Positions 9,095-17,247 of a stretch of 64,000 bases of DNA are shown here, piece by piece; the stretch's first letter is position 1, and the number at the start of each line of letters is the position of its first letter. The stretch is taken from NCBI GenBank assembly GCA_964619835.1, contig CAZUFP010000002.1:48716-112715 (forward strand), written 5' to 3'. This DNA is from an uncultured Gemmatimonadaceae bacterium. Lineage in GTDB: Bacteria; Gemmatimonadota; Gemmatimonadetes; Longimicrobiales; RSA9. Made by a program: the position numbers and the translations under genes. Under the pieces are notes generated by a model. That model was not told where the DNA came from. It did not search any database and was given only the letters and a program-made list of their open reading frames with translations.

Positions 9095-9505
9095 TCACGA
9101 ACGCCGGCCCAGGAGCCCGATGAGGGCGCCGACCGCCACGCCCGTAAGCACCGCGCCGCCGAGCAGGAGAGCCCGGCTCGCATCCATCGTCGCCAGGTCC
9201 AACGGTGAGCCAACGGATGAAGGAGTGTCGCCTTTGGCTTCGTGGGCCGGCGACGTGCCCGGGTCGGCGTCCATCTCCGCCCCGCACGCGTCGCACACCG
9301 CTTCGCCCCGTTCCCGCGACGTGCGGTTGCGGAATCCCAGATGGGCCCCGCACTCCGGACATGGCAGGTGCGCCGGCGCCGGCTCGATGGCGTCGTAGAG
9401 TGCGCGCCGCGAAATGTCCAGGCGGTCCGCGATGTCTGCCACTGAGGCGTCCGTCCCCCAGTAGAGACGGTTCACTTCCCGTGCGAGCCGTTCGTCGTCC
9501 GTCAT
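9095..9505 (-). CDS. Hypothetical membrane-anchored protein with an N-terminal HTH-like segment and a CxxC...CxxC zinc ribbon
   Basis: ATG at 9505 is preceded by GGGAGGG. Sequence features: ...SVADIADRLDISRRALYDAI (HTH-like), CPECG...CDACG (zinc ribbon), and a C-terminal TM helix ALLLGGAVLTGVAVGALIGLLG. Confidence 0.55.
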   Translation of the reverse strand: MTDDERLAREVNRLYWGTDASVADIADRLDISRRALYDAIEPAPAHLPCPECGAHLGFRNRTSRERGEAVCDACGAEMDADPGTSPAHEAKGDTPSSVGSPLDLATMDASRALLLGGAVLTGVAVGALIGLLGRRS

Positions 9506-9693
9506 GGAGGGCCCTCCCGCCGGCTTGACAGGTGATGGTTCAACATAGGCGGAGGGAGGAGGCGAAGCGACCCCGTAGACCCGGCCGAAGGCCTGGGCGG
9601 GCCGGCGCAACGCGGAACGGCCCACGCCGTCGGTGTGGGGATCGGCCGCGCGGGGTCTGGCGGGCGGCAACGGACGGGGCGAGGTTGGGGGGC

Positions 9694-10623
9694 ATGAAAA
9701 CGACGATTCGCCCGCCCCGGCTACGCAAGGGCGACCGTGTCATGCTCGTGGCACCCGCGGGTCCGGTGCCGGCGGACAAGTTGGAGATCGCGTTGGCGCG
9801 CGCCCGCGTGTTGGGTTTCGAACCGGTGCTGGGCAGCGCCGCGAGGGCGCACACAGGCTATCTGGCGGGTTCGGACGAGGAGAGAGCCGCCGATCTGCAG
9901 CGGGCCATCGACGACCCGGACATCGCGGCGATCTGGGCGCTGCGCGGTGGATACGGCGGCATGCGCACGCTGCGGCACGTGGACCTCGGCGGACTCACGG
10001 AACGGCCCCGCGCGTTCATCGGCTTCAGCGACAACACGGTGATCCACCTGGCGCTGGCACGCCTCGGTCTGACCTCGTTCCACGGACCCCACGCCGGCTC
10101 CGATGCCTTCCCTCCCGCGACGACCGACTGTTTCCGCCGCGTATTGTGGGAAGCGGAGCCGGCGGGCCGGCTGCCCGACCCGGTTAACGGGCCCGAGCGC
10201 TCGACACTCATTGGCGGCGTGGCCGAAGGACCCCTGGCCGGCGGCAACCTCGCCATGCTGGCCGCCGCCTGCGGCACGGCCTGGCAGTTGGATGCCCGGG
10301 GGCGCATCGTCGTCATCGAGGACATCGGCGAGCCCCTCTATCGCATCGACCGCATGCTGCTCCAGCTCCGGCTCGCCGGCGCCCTGGACGGCGCGGCGGG
10401 ATTCGCATTCGGCCGGTTTACGGACCTGCCTGGCGACACCGACGAAAGCGACCCCTCCCTCGCCGACGTCCTGCTGTCCGTCATCGGGCCCCTCGGAGCG
10501 CCCGCCGTCCTGGGCCTGCCGTTCGGCCACGCCGACGAGAACTGGACGTTGCCGCTGGGCGTGCGCGCACGTCTCGACGCGGCGACGCGCACACTCACGA
10601 TCCTGGAGCCGGCCGTCACGTAG
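9694..10623 (+). CDS. LD-carboxypeptidase (peptidase S66, LdcA/MccF-like)
   Basis: N-terminus MKTTIRPPRLRKGDRVMLVAPAGPV, nucleophile motif GFSDNT, overall S66 layout. ATG at 9694. Confidence 0.85.
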   Translation: MKTTIRPPRLRKGDRVMLVAPAGPVPADKLEIALARARVLGFEPVLGSAARAHTGYLAGSDEERAADLQRAIDDPDIAAIWALRGGYGGMRTLRHVDLGGLTERPRAFIGFSDNTVIHLALARLGLTSFHGPHAGSDAFPPATTDCFRRVLWEAEPAGRLPDPVNGPERSTLIGGVAEGPLAGGNLAMLAAACGTAWQLDARGRIVVIEDIGEPLYRIDRMLLQLRLAGALDGAAGFAFGRFTDLPGDTDESDPSLADVLLSVIGPLGAPAVLGLPFGHADENWTLPLGVRARLDAATRTLTILEPAVT

Positions 10624-10656
10624 CGCGCCGGCCCTCCCGCTGATTATCATCGAGTC

Positions 10657-11208
10657 ATGAAGATCTACACGCGAACGGGCGATCAGGGTGAGACGGGACT
10701 GTTCGGCGGCGGACGGGTGTCGAAGGCGCATGTACGCGTGGTGGCGTACGGCGCCGTGGACGAGCTGAACGCGGTGCTGGGTTGGGCGATCACGCAGCTG
10801 GATACGGATCTGGGCGCCCGGCTGCGCACCGTGCAGGGGGATCTGTTCGCCATGGGCGCGCATCTGGCGACGCCGGTCGCGAGCCAGCGGAAGCGTCCCG
10901 CGTTGCCGCCGCTTCCCGACCGCGTACCCGAGCTGGAAGCCTGGATCGATGCGTTGGACGCCGGCCTGCCTGCGCTGCGCTCGTTCATCCTGCCGGGCGG
11001 GTCATCGGGGGCTGCGGCCCTGCATGTGGCGCGGACGGTGTGTCGTCGCGCGGAGCGGGCGGTGGTGGCGCTGGCCCAATCGGATCCGGTGGAGAGCGGG
11101 ATCGTCGTGTACCTGAACCGGCTTTCGGACCTGCTGTTCACGCTCGCGCGGGAGGCGAACCGCGCGGCGGGCGTGGCGGACGCGGAGTGGCACGGTGATT
11201 CGGAGTGA
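10657..11208 (+). CDS. ATP:cob(I)alamin adenosyltransferase, PduO type
   Basis: Characteristic N-terminus MKIYTRTGDQGETGLFGG and the PduO/MMAB-type helical bundle sequence. Confidence 0.9.
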   Translation: MKIYTRTGDQGETGLFGGGRVSKAHVRVVAYGAVDELNAVLGWAITQLDTDLGARLRTVQGDLFAMGAHLATPVASQRKRPALPPLPDRVPELEAWIDALDAGLPALRSFILPGGSSGAAALHVARTVCRRAERAVVALAQSDPVESGIVVYLNRLSDLLFTLAREANRAAGVADAEWHGDSE

Positions 11209-11807
11209 GCGTCCCCACACGAGCTGAACGCATGGCGCGCCGCCTGGAGCGCGAGATGCTGCGGATCGGCGTGGCGGAGGGAGGCGTGTCCCGCGTGTTG
11301 GCCGCCTACCGCCTGGCCATGGAGCCGCGGGTGGCCAGTCTGGACGACCACCATCCCGATTTCCTGCATCCGGCCCGGACGGTGCTGGTGCTGCTGCTGG
11401 ACGGCGGCGTGCGGGCTGAGGCGCTGCTGAGCGCAGCCGCTCTTTGCGAGACCCGCCGGCCTGGCCTGGCGGTGCCCATCGAGGAGGCGGCGCGGCAGGC
11501 GGGCCCTGAGATGGGCCGGTTACTGGCCGCGGTACCGACTCCGGACGGCAGTGGGGACGAGCTGTTGGAAGACCTGGTGTCGTCGCCGGCGGACGTGCTG
11601 CTTCTGGCCGTGGGGGAACGTCTCGACCACGCGCGCCACCTGCACCTGGCCTCCCGGACGGAGTGGCCGTCGTTCCACGCGACGGCGTGCGGCGCGTACG
11701 CCGTCGCAGCGCGCCGGACGGGGCCGCGTCTGGCGGGCCGTTTCGCCTTCTGGTGCCGGAACTTCGCGGAGCGATACCTGGGTCACACCGGGCCGCATCG
11801 CTCTTGA
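11205..11807 (+). CDS. Hypothetical protein with a degenerate RelA/SpoT-type HD-hydrolase-like region
   Basis: GTGA overlap with the upstream stop. [16 protein letters not shown] and [14 protein letters not shown] resemble SpoT hydrolase helices, but the catalytic HD pair position reads CE. This resemblance is weak and judged by eye only. Confidence 0.5.
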   Translation: MSVPTRAERMARRLEREMLRIGVAEGGVSRVLAAYRLAMEPRVASLDDHHPDFLHPARTVLVLLLDGGVRAEALLSAAALCETRRPGLAVPIEEAARQAGPEMGRLLAAVPTPDGSGDELLEDLVSSPADVLLLAVGERLDHARHLHLASRTEWPSFHATACGAYAVAARRTGPRLAGRFAFWCRNFAERYLGHTGPHRS

Positions 11808-11874
11808 CGTGCCGTCACGGACATGCACTATTTACGACCCGTTCGAGGATTTTGGTGTCTGGAGGAATGACTGT

Positions 11875-12108
11875 ATGCCATACGTGATCGCGGAGCCGTG
11901 CATCGGGGTGAAGGACGCGAGCTGCGTCGAGGTCTGCCCGGTGGATTGCATCTACGAAGGCGAAGACATGTACTACATCCACCCCGACGAGTGTATCGAC
12001 TGCGGCGCTTGCGAGCCCGAGTGTCCCGTAACGGCCATCTTCCCGGATACGGACGTCCCTCCCGAGTGGACGAACTACATCGAGAAGAACCGCGCCTTCT
12101 TTGAGTAG
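11875..12108 (+). CDS. Ferredoxin (7Fe-type, 3Fe-4S plus 4Fe-4S)
   Basis: 77 aa: [29 protein letters not shown]...[18 protein letters not shown] lies upstream of the ATG at 11875. Confidence 0.9.
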   Translation: MPYVIAEPCIGVKDASCVEVCPVDCIYEGEDMYYIHPDECIDCGACEPECPVTAIFPDTDVPPEWTNYIEKNRAFFE

Positions 12109-12574
12109 ACTCCGCTTCATCCCCGGGCCGCTCCTGGCGCTGGCCCTGGCGGCCGGCTGCGCCCACGTCCCCGCGGCGCGCGTCGGCAACCCGTCGGACC
12201 CCGTCGCCCACATCACCCGGATGTTGAACGCGTCCGCCCGTTCCTGGAACGAGGGGGATCTGGCCGGATACGTGGCCGTCTACGCCGACGACGCGACGTT
12301 CGTCGGCTCGTCGGGCCTGGTTCGCGGCAGGGCGGAGATCGAGAGGCGGTACCGCGCATCGTACTGGGCCAGCGGCCGGCCCGAAGGTGCGCTGCGCTAC
12401 GAGGACCTCGAGGTCACGCTGCTGGGCAACGACTACGCACTCGCCGTCGGCCGGTATGTGCTCTACGACCGGCACAGCGGCGCTACCACCGCCAGCGGGA
12501 TCTTCTCACTCGTGCTGCGTCACACGCCCGACGGTTGGCGCATCATCCACGACCACTCCTCCGCGGCCGGCTGA
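12101..12574 (+). CDS. SnoaL-like/DUF4440 (NTF2-fold) lipoprotein
   Basis: Signal peptide plus lipobox (LALAAGC). [22 protein letters not shown] and DGWRIIHDH are typical of the DUF4440/SnoaL fold. The only available start is TTG at 12101, which overlaps the ferredoxin stop. Confidence 0.7.
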   Translation: MSRLRFIPGPLLALALAAGCAHVPAARVGNPSDPVAHITRMLNASARSWNEGDLAGYVAVYADDATFVGSSGLVRGRAEIERRYRASYWASGRPEGALRYEDLEVTLLGNDYALAVGRYVLYDRHSGATTASGIFSLVLRHTPDGWRIIHDHSSAAG

Positions 12575-12914
12575 GCTCGACTTCGCTACAACCCGGCTTC
12601 CCGGAGCGCGTCCAGCGATACGGCCGGTTTGGCGGGCCGTGGCAGCTTGACGGCATCCGCGATCGGCCGCGGCAGGTGGATGCGGCTGATGAGGATTCCG
12701 GCGACCACGGTCGCCGCGGCCAGCAGGCTGACGTTGAACGTTCGGATATGCCCTCCTCGGCAAAGGTCGGCTGTCGTCCCGGGGATCGCGCGAGCAGGCG
12801 CTGTCGCAGCGTGTCGCAACCCTTCAAAATGTATCGTGTAGCCCGGGTTCATGCGATAGTTTTTCGGCATGTGTACCCGGATCGTTTAGCCTTCGTTACC
12901 GAGTCCTGACGCTT

Positions 12915-14075
12915 ATGGTTCCACCCACGTCCGTGCTCGATCTGGCCCGCGCGCTGGTGGCGGTGCCGTCGGTCAACCCCGACCTGGAACGCGGCGGTTC
13001 CGGCGAACGTGACATCGCCCAACTCACCGCCGGTTGGCTGCGTGACTGGGGCTTCGGCGTGGATGTGACGGAGGCTGCACCCGGCCGGGCCAGCGTGCTT
13101 GCCCGCGCGAGGCGTGGCGCGGGGCCCACGCTGATCCTGAACGGGCATCTCGATACCGTGGGAGTGGACGGCATGTCGGTGGACCCGTTCGCGGCGGACG
13201 TGCGCGACGGGCACCTGTGCGGCCGGGGGGCGTGCGACATGAAGGCGGGCATTGCCGCGCTGCTGGCGGCCGCCCGGGACGCGGTACGAAACGCTTCCTT
13301 CGCCGGCGAGCTCGTCGTGGCGCTGGTGGCGGATGAGGAGAACGCCAGCATCGGCCTCCAATCGCTCCTGGACAACGGCCTCGGCGGCGATGCAGCGGTG
13401 GTATGCGAGCCGACCGACCTGGCCATCATGCCCGCCCACAAAGGGTTCGTCTGGCTCGGGGTGGAGTTCCGGGGGCGGGCGGCGCACGGTTCCCGGCCTG
13501 ATCTGGGCGTGGACGCCATCCGCCACGCGGGGCGGCTCCTGACGAGCCTGGATGCCCTCGAGTCGGAGCTGTCGGCCCGGCGGGAGCACCCGCTCCTGGG
13601 GCACGGCTCGATCCACGCGGGCACCATCGCCGGCGGCACGGCCGCGTCCGTCTACCCCGCGTCATGCCGGTTGACGCTGGAGCGCCGCACGCTGCCCGGC
13701 GAGACGACGGCGGACGTGCGCCGCGAGCTGCAGGCGCTTCTCCGGCGGCTCCGGGCGGACGACCCGGATCTCGAAGCGGAGGTGCGGGTTACGCTGGAAC
13801 GGCCGGGCACGGAAGTGGCAGCGGATGCCCCCGTCGTCCGGGCTCTGGAAGGGGCGCTTCAGGAGGCAGGTGTGAAGCCACGTCAGGAAGGCATGAGCGC
13901 ATGGGTGGATGCTGCACTGTTCAATGTCGCCGGCACGCCGGCGGTCTGTTTCGGGCCGGGCAGCATCGCGCGGGCGCACGCGGCCGATGAATCCGTGCCG
14001 GTGGACCAGCTCGAGGTGGCGCGGCAGACACTGGACGGCATGATCCGCAGGCTTCTTCCCGGAGCACGGTCGTGA
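12915..14075 (+). CDS. M20 family metallopeptidase (ArgE/DapE-type deacylase)
   Basis: LILNGHLDTVGV, GRGACDMKAG and DEE metal/catalytic motifs. 386 aa. Confidence 0.9.
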   Translation: MVPPTSVLDLARALVAVPSVNPDLERGGSGERDIAQLTAGWLRDWGFGVDVTEAAPGRASVLARARRGAGPTLILNGHLDTVGVDGMSVDPFAADVRDGHLCGRGACDMKAGIAALLAAARDAVRNASFAGELVVALVADEENASIGLQSLLDNGLGGDAAVVCEPTDLAIMPAHKGFVWLGVEFRGRAAHGSRPDLGVDAIRHAGRLLTSLDALESELSARREHPLLGHGSIHAGTIAGGTAASVYPASCRLTLERRTLPGETTADVRRELQALLRRLRADDPDLEAEVRVTLERPGTEVAADAPVVRALEGALQEAGVKPRQEGMSAWVDAALFNVAGTPAVCFGPGSIARAHAADESVPVDQLEVARQTLDGMIRRLLPGARS

Positions 14076-15007
14076 GCCCGGTCCGACTGGCCCAGGCGCT
14101 GGAACGAGCCGCCGCGTTCCTTGACCAGCGGGGCGGCGCGGCGGCCCTCATCGCGCGGGCGGAGATGGGCCGTGCCGGAGAGGACGACCACGCGGAAGGG
14201 ACGCGCCTGATCCGGGCCTTTCTGGACCGGCAGTGGGCGGACGGGAGCTTCGACGGGGACCTGGCCCGCACGGCCCGCACGTTGATGGAGATGCGGGAAG
14301 TCTCCGAAGCGGCGGGCCTGGACGACGTGGACCCGGCCGTGGGCCGCGCGCTGGACTGGTTGCGCCGCCGCCAGGGGCAGCCGGGGCGGTGGTCGGACGG
14401 TTGCGACCCGGACCGGCACGCCGCCGGACTGTGCCACCACTTCCTGGGCGGGTTCTTCTCCCCGGCGCCGTCGGAAACCGAGCTGGCGCCCATCGAGCTT
14501 GCTTCGGGCGTCGAAGTGAACGCGGATGGCGATATCCGCTTCATTGGCTCCGGTCTGGCGCTGCGGGCCTTCTGGCGTTGGCGGGCGCACGCACCCGACG
14601 CCGGCCTTCATCTCGACGGCGTGCGCCGGGCCCTGGAGCAGGCGTCGCCACCCGTCGTGCCGCTGTCGCCGGAAGCGGTGCTGGAAGGCCTGGCGACGAT
14701 CCTGGACGCGCCCGACCCGCCCGAGATCGTGCGGGAAACCGCCGTTCGCGGGTTGGAGGACCTGGCGACCCGACAGCTCGGCGACGGCAGTTGGGGCAAC
14801 GTGGACGTGTTCCACGCGCTGGACGTTGTGATGCGGGGCCTGGAACGGGACGTGGCCATCGAGGCCGCGGAGCGGGCCCTGGACCGGGCCGCGCGCCTGC
14901 TCGCCTCCGCCCAGCAGCCGGACGGCAGCTGGGGCAGTGAGGCCGCCGGGCGCAGGGCGCTCGTCGGATGGCGCGCGCTCCGCCGTGCCGCCGATCGGCA
15001 GGGCTAG
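14072..15007 (+). CDS. Prenyltransferase/squalene-oxidase repeat (alpha/alpha-toroid) protein
   Basis: Four QW-like repeats: RQWADGSF, RQGQPGRWSDG, RQLGDGSWG and QQPDGSWG. GTGA start overlap with the M20 gene. Confidence 0.7.
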   Translation: MSPVRLAQALERAAAFLDQRGGAAALIARAEMGRAGEDDHAEGTRLIRAFLDRQWADGSFDGDLARTARTLMEMREVSEAAGLDDVDPAVGRALDWLRRRQGQPGRWSDGCDPDRHAAGLCHHFLGGFFSPAPSETELAPIELASGVEVNADGDIRFIGSGLALRAFWRWRAHAPDAGLHLDGVRRALEQASPPVVPLSPEAVLEGLATILDAPDPPEIVRETAVRGLEDLATRQLGDGSWGNVDVFHALDVVMRGLERDVAIEAAERALDRAARLLASAQQPDGSWGSEAAGRRALVGWRALRRAADRQG

Positions 15008-16635
15008 AGCAACACGTGGGTGATGATCAGCCGGCCGACCAGCAGCAACAGGATGATGGACACGATGTTGAGCCAGATGCCCGCCCGGATCATCTGGCCC
15101 ATGCGGATGTAGCCGGACCCGAAGACGATGGCGTTGGGCGGCGTGGCAACGGGCATCATGTAGGCGGCCGAAGCGGCGAGTGCGCCGGCGGCCATGAAGA
15201 GCATGGGGTTCTGGCCGGTGCCGGTGGCGGCCGCGGCGAGCACGGGCATGGCGAGGGCCGCGATGGCGGTGTTGGATGCCAGCTCGCTCAGCAGCACGAA
15301 CGTGGTGACCACGACCAGGAGCAGGACCCAGCCGGGCAGGCCGGCCAGCCCGCTGACGAGGTGGGCGATGGACAGGGTGAGCCCGCTCGCCTCGAAGGCG
15401 TGCGCCAGCGACAGCCCGCCCCCGAAAAGCAGCAGCACCCCCCACGGCAGGCCCCGGGCCGTACGCCAGTTCATGAGGTACACGCCGCGCCGCCAATCCA
15501 CGGGCAGGATGAACAGGAGCAGAGCGGCGACGATGGCGATGGTCGAGTCGTCGATGCCCGGCCACAGGGCTGTCAGACCGGGAATGTGCAGCGCGCCGAT
15601 CTGCTTGGGCGAGCGCATGATCCAGGCGAGGGCCGTCAGGCAGAAGACCACCAGCACCATCTTCTCCGCGCGGCTCATGGGGCCGAGCGACCGGCGCTCG
15701 GCTTTCAACAGGGCCCCTGCGCCGGCCGGCAGCGTGCCCGGCGGGTACAGCACGAACACCAATAGCACCCACGCGACGGGCAACATGATGAGCGTGACCG
15801 GCACGCCCACGAGCATCCACTCGGCGAAGCCGATGGAGCGGCCGAGGATCTCCTGTGCGGACGCGGCGAAGACGGCGTTGGGCGGAGTGCCGATGAGCGT
15901 CGCCACGCCACCGATGGTGGCGGCGTACGCGATCCCCAGCATCAGGGCCGTGCCGAACGGGAATGCGGCGTGCGGCCCATCGTCGTCCGACAGGTCTCCG
16001 GCCCCTGCCTCGTGCGCCGGCGGCGGACCGAAGGACGCCGCCCCGTCCCCGTCCCCGTCCCCGTCCCCGTCGCCGTCGCCCGCGCCGGGCGCCTGGCGCA
16101 TCAGGGCCGCCAGGGCCAGGCCGATGGGCAGCATCATGGCGGCGGTGGCCGTGTTGGAGATCCACATGCTCAGGAAGGCCGTCGCCACCATGAACCCGCC
16201 GATGAGGCGCCGTGGGCCGGTGCCCACGAGAGCCACGACGGCCAGCGCAATGCGCCGGTGAAGACCCCAGCGTTCCATGCCCAGAGCCAGCACGAACCCG
16301 CCGAGGAACAGGAAGATGACCGAATTCGAGTACGGCTGGGCACTCTCGGCCGGACTGAGGACGCCCAGAGCGGGGAGCAGCGCCAGGGGAAGCAACGACG
16401 TGGCCGCCAGCGGCAACGCCTCGCTCATCCACCAGATGGCCATGAGCAGGGCCACCGCCGACGTCCGGTGCGCGGCCACCGGCACCGACGCCGGGAACGG
16501 AAGCACCAGCAGGAGGGCGAACGCGATGGGGCCCGCGATCAGCCCGACACGCTGGTGCATCGCGCCCCGGCGTTCCCGTTCGGGCCGCTGTTCGACAGGC
16601 GCCTCCTGGACGTGCCCTTCCGCCTTGGATACCAT
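15004..16635 (-). CDS. DASS/SLC13 family anion (di/tricarboxylate or sulfate) symporter
   Basis: Polytopic protein with the two hallmark SNT motifs (WISNTATAAMM and ELASNTAIAAL). The start could also be the internal ATG at 16560. Confidence 0.85.
   Translation of the reverse strand: MVSKAEGHVQEAPVEQRPERERRGAMHQRVGLIAGPIAFALLLVLPFPASVPVAAHRTSAVALLMAIWWMSEALPLAATSLLPLALLPALGVLSPAESAQPYSNSVIFLFLGGFVLALGMERWGLHRRIALAVVALVGTGPRRLIGGFMVATAFLSMWISNTATAAMMLPIGLALAALMRQAPGAGDGDGDGDGDGDGAASFGPPPAHEAGAGDLSDDDGPHAAFPFGTALMLGIAYAATIGGVATLIGTPPNAVFAASAQEILGRSIGFAEWMLVGVPVTLIMLPVAWVLLVFVLYPPGTLPAGAGALLKAERRSLGPMSRAEKMVLVVFCLTALAWIMRSPKQIGALHIPGLTALWPGIDDSTIAIVAALLLFILPVDWRRGVYLMNWRTARGLPWGVLLLFGGGLSLAHAFEASGLTLSIAHLVSGLAGLPGWVLLLVVVTTFVLLSELASNTAIAALAMPVLAAAATGTGQNPMLFMAAGALAASAAYMMPVATPPNAIVFGSGYIRMGQMIRAGIWLNIVSIILLLLVGRLIITHVLL
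16041..16080. repeat. Tandem hexanucleotide repeat: (CCCCGT)5 then two CGCCGT-like units. It encodes (Gly-Asp)6 on the minus strand.
   Basis: Read directly at 16041-16080. It lies in frame inside the central loop of the DASS transporter (APGAGDGDGDGDGDGDGAASF). Confidence 0.9.
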
Positions 16636-16710
16636 GGTTGGCGGTCAAGTTGCGCCCGGCGTGACGCCGGCGTCAAGCGCACGGCCGTTCCCCTACCCCC
16701 GGCACGACCC

Positions 16711-17247
16711 ATGACCGAGCATCGACAGAAGAAAAGCGCCGGCTCCGGCGGCAAACTGGAGGCACGGCCGCCCCGCGCTTCCGAATCCGTCATCAGCGAG
16801 CTCATGATGCCCAACCAGGTGAACGGCCTTGGCCACGTGTTCGGCGGCGTGCTGCTGTCCATGGTGGACCGGGTGGCTGCTGTCGCCGCCATGCGCCACA
16901 CCGGCCGGCCGTGCGTCACCGCGTCCATCGATAGGGTGGACTTCCGGGAGCCCATCTACGCCGGCGAGCTCGTGACCTGCCGCGCTCGGGTCAATTACGT
17001 GGGCCGCACCTCCCTGGAGGTGGGCGTCGCGGCCGAAGCGGAGAACCTGCTCACCGGCACTCGCCGCCACACGAACAGCTGCTACCTCACGTTCGTGGCC
17101 ATCGACGAACAGCACGAGCCCGTCCCCGTACCACCGCTCCGGCCGGAGAACGACGAGGACCGGCGCCGCATGCGCGAAGGCGAGATCCGGCGCCGGAACC
17201 GCCTCAAGCTGCTGGAGCAGCTCGGCGAAACGGAGGAGGGCCGATGA
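16711..17247 (+). CDS. Acyl-CoA thioesterase (hotdog fold, YciA/ACOT-like)
   Basis: MMPNQVNGLGHVFGGVLLSMVD and SIDRVDFREPIYAGELV motifs. ATG at 16711. The upstream part of the 425-aa ORF is antisense to the transporter gene. Confidence 0.85.
   Translation: MTEHRQKKSAGSGGKLEARPPRASESVISELMMPNQVNGLGHVFGGVLLSMVDRVAAVAAMRHTGRPCVTASIDRVDFREPIYAGELVTCRARVNYVGRTSLEVGVAAEAENLLTGTRRHTNSCYLTFVAIDEQHEPVPVPPLRPENDEDRRRMREGEIRRRNRLKLLEQLGETEEGR

Noticed and set aside
16041-16080. Tandem repeat considered as a possible CRISPR or minisatellite locus
   Set aside because: The units are only 6 nt with no spacers, and they lie in frame inside a transporter gene. It is a coding microsatellite.
13883-16648. 921-aa minus-strand ORF, the second longest in the track
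   Set aside because: It overlaps three genes with clear motif support: the M20 peptidase and prenyltransferase-repeat genes on the plus strand, and the DASS transporter in another minus frame. Its translation is Arg/Gly/Pro/Ala-rich low complexity with no motif. This is a typical shadow ORF in GC-rich DNA.
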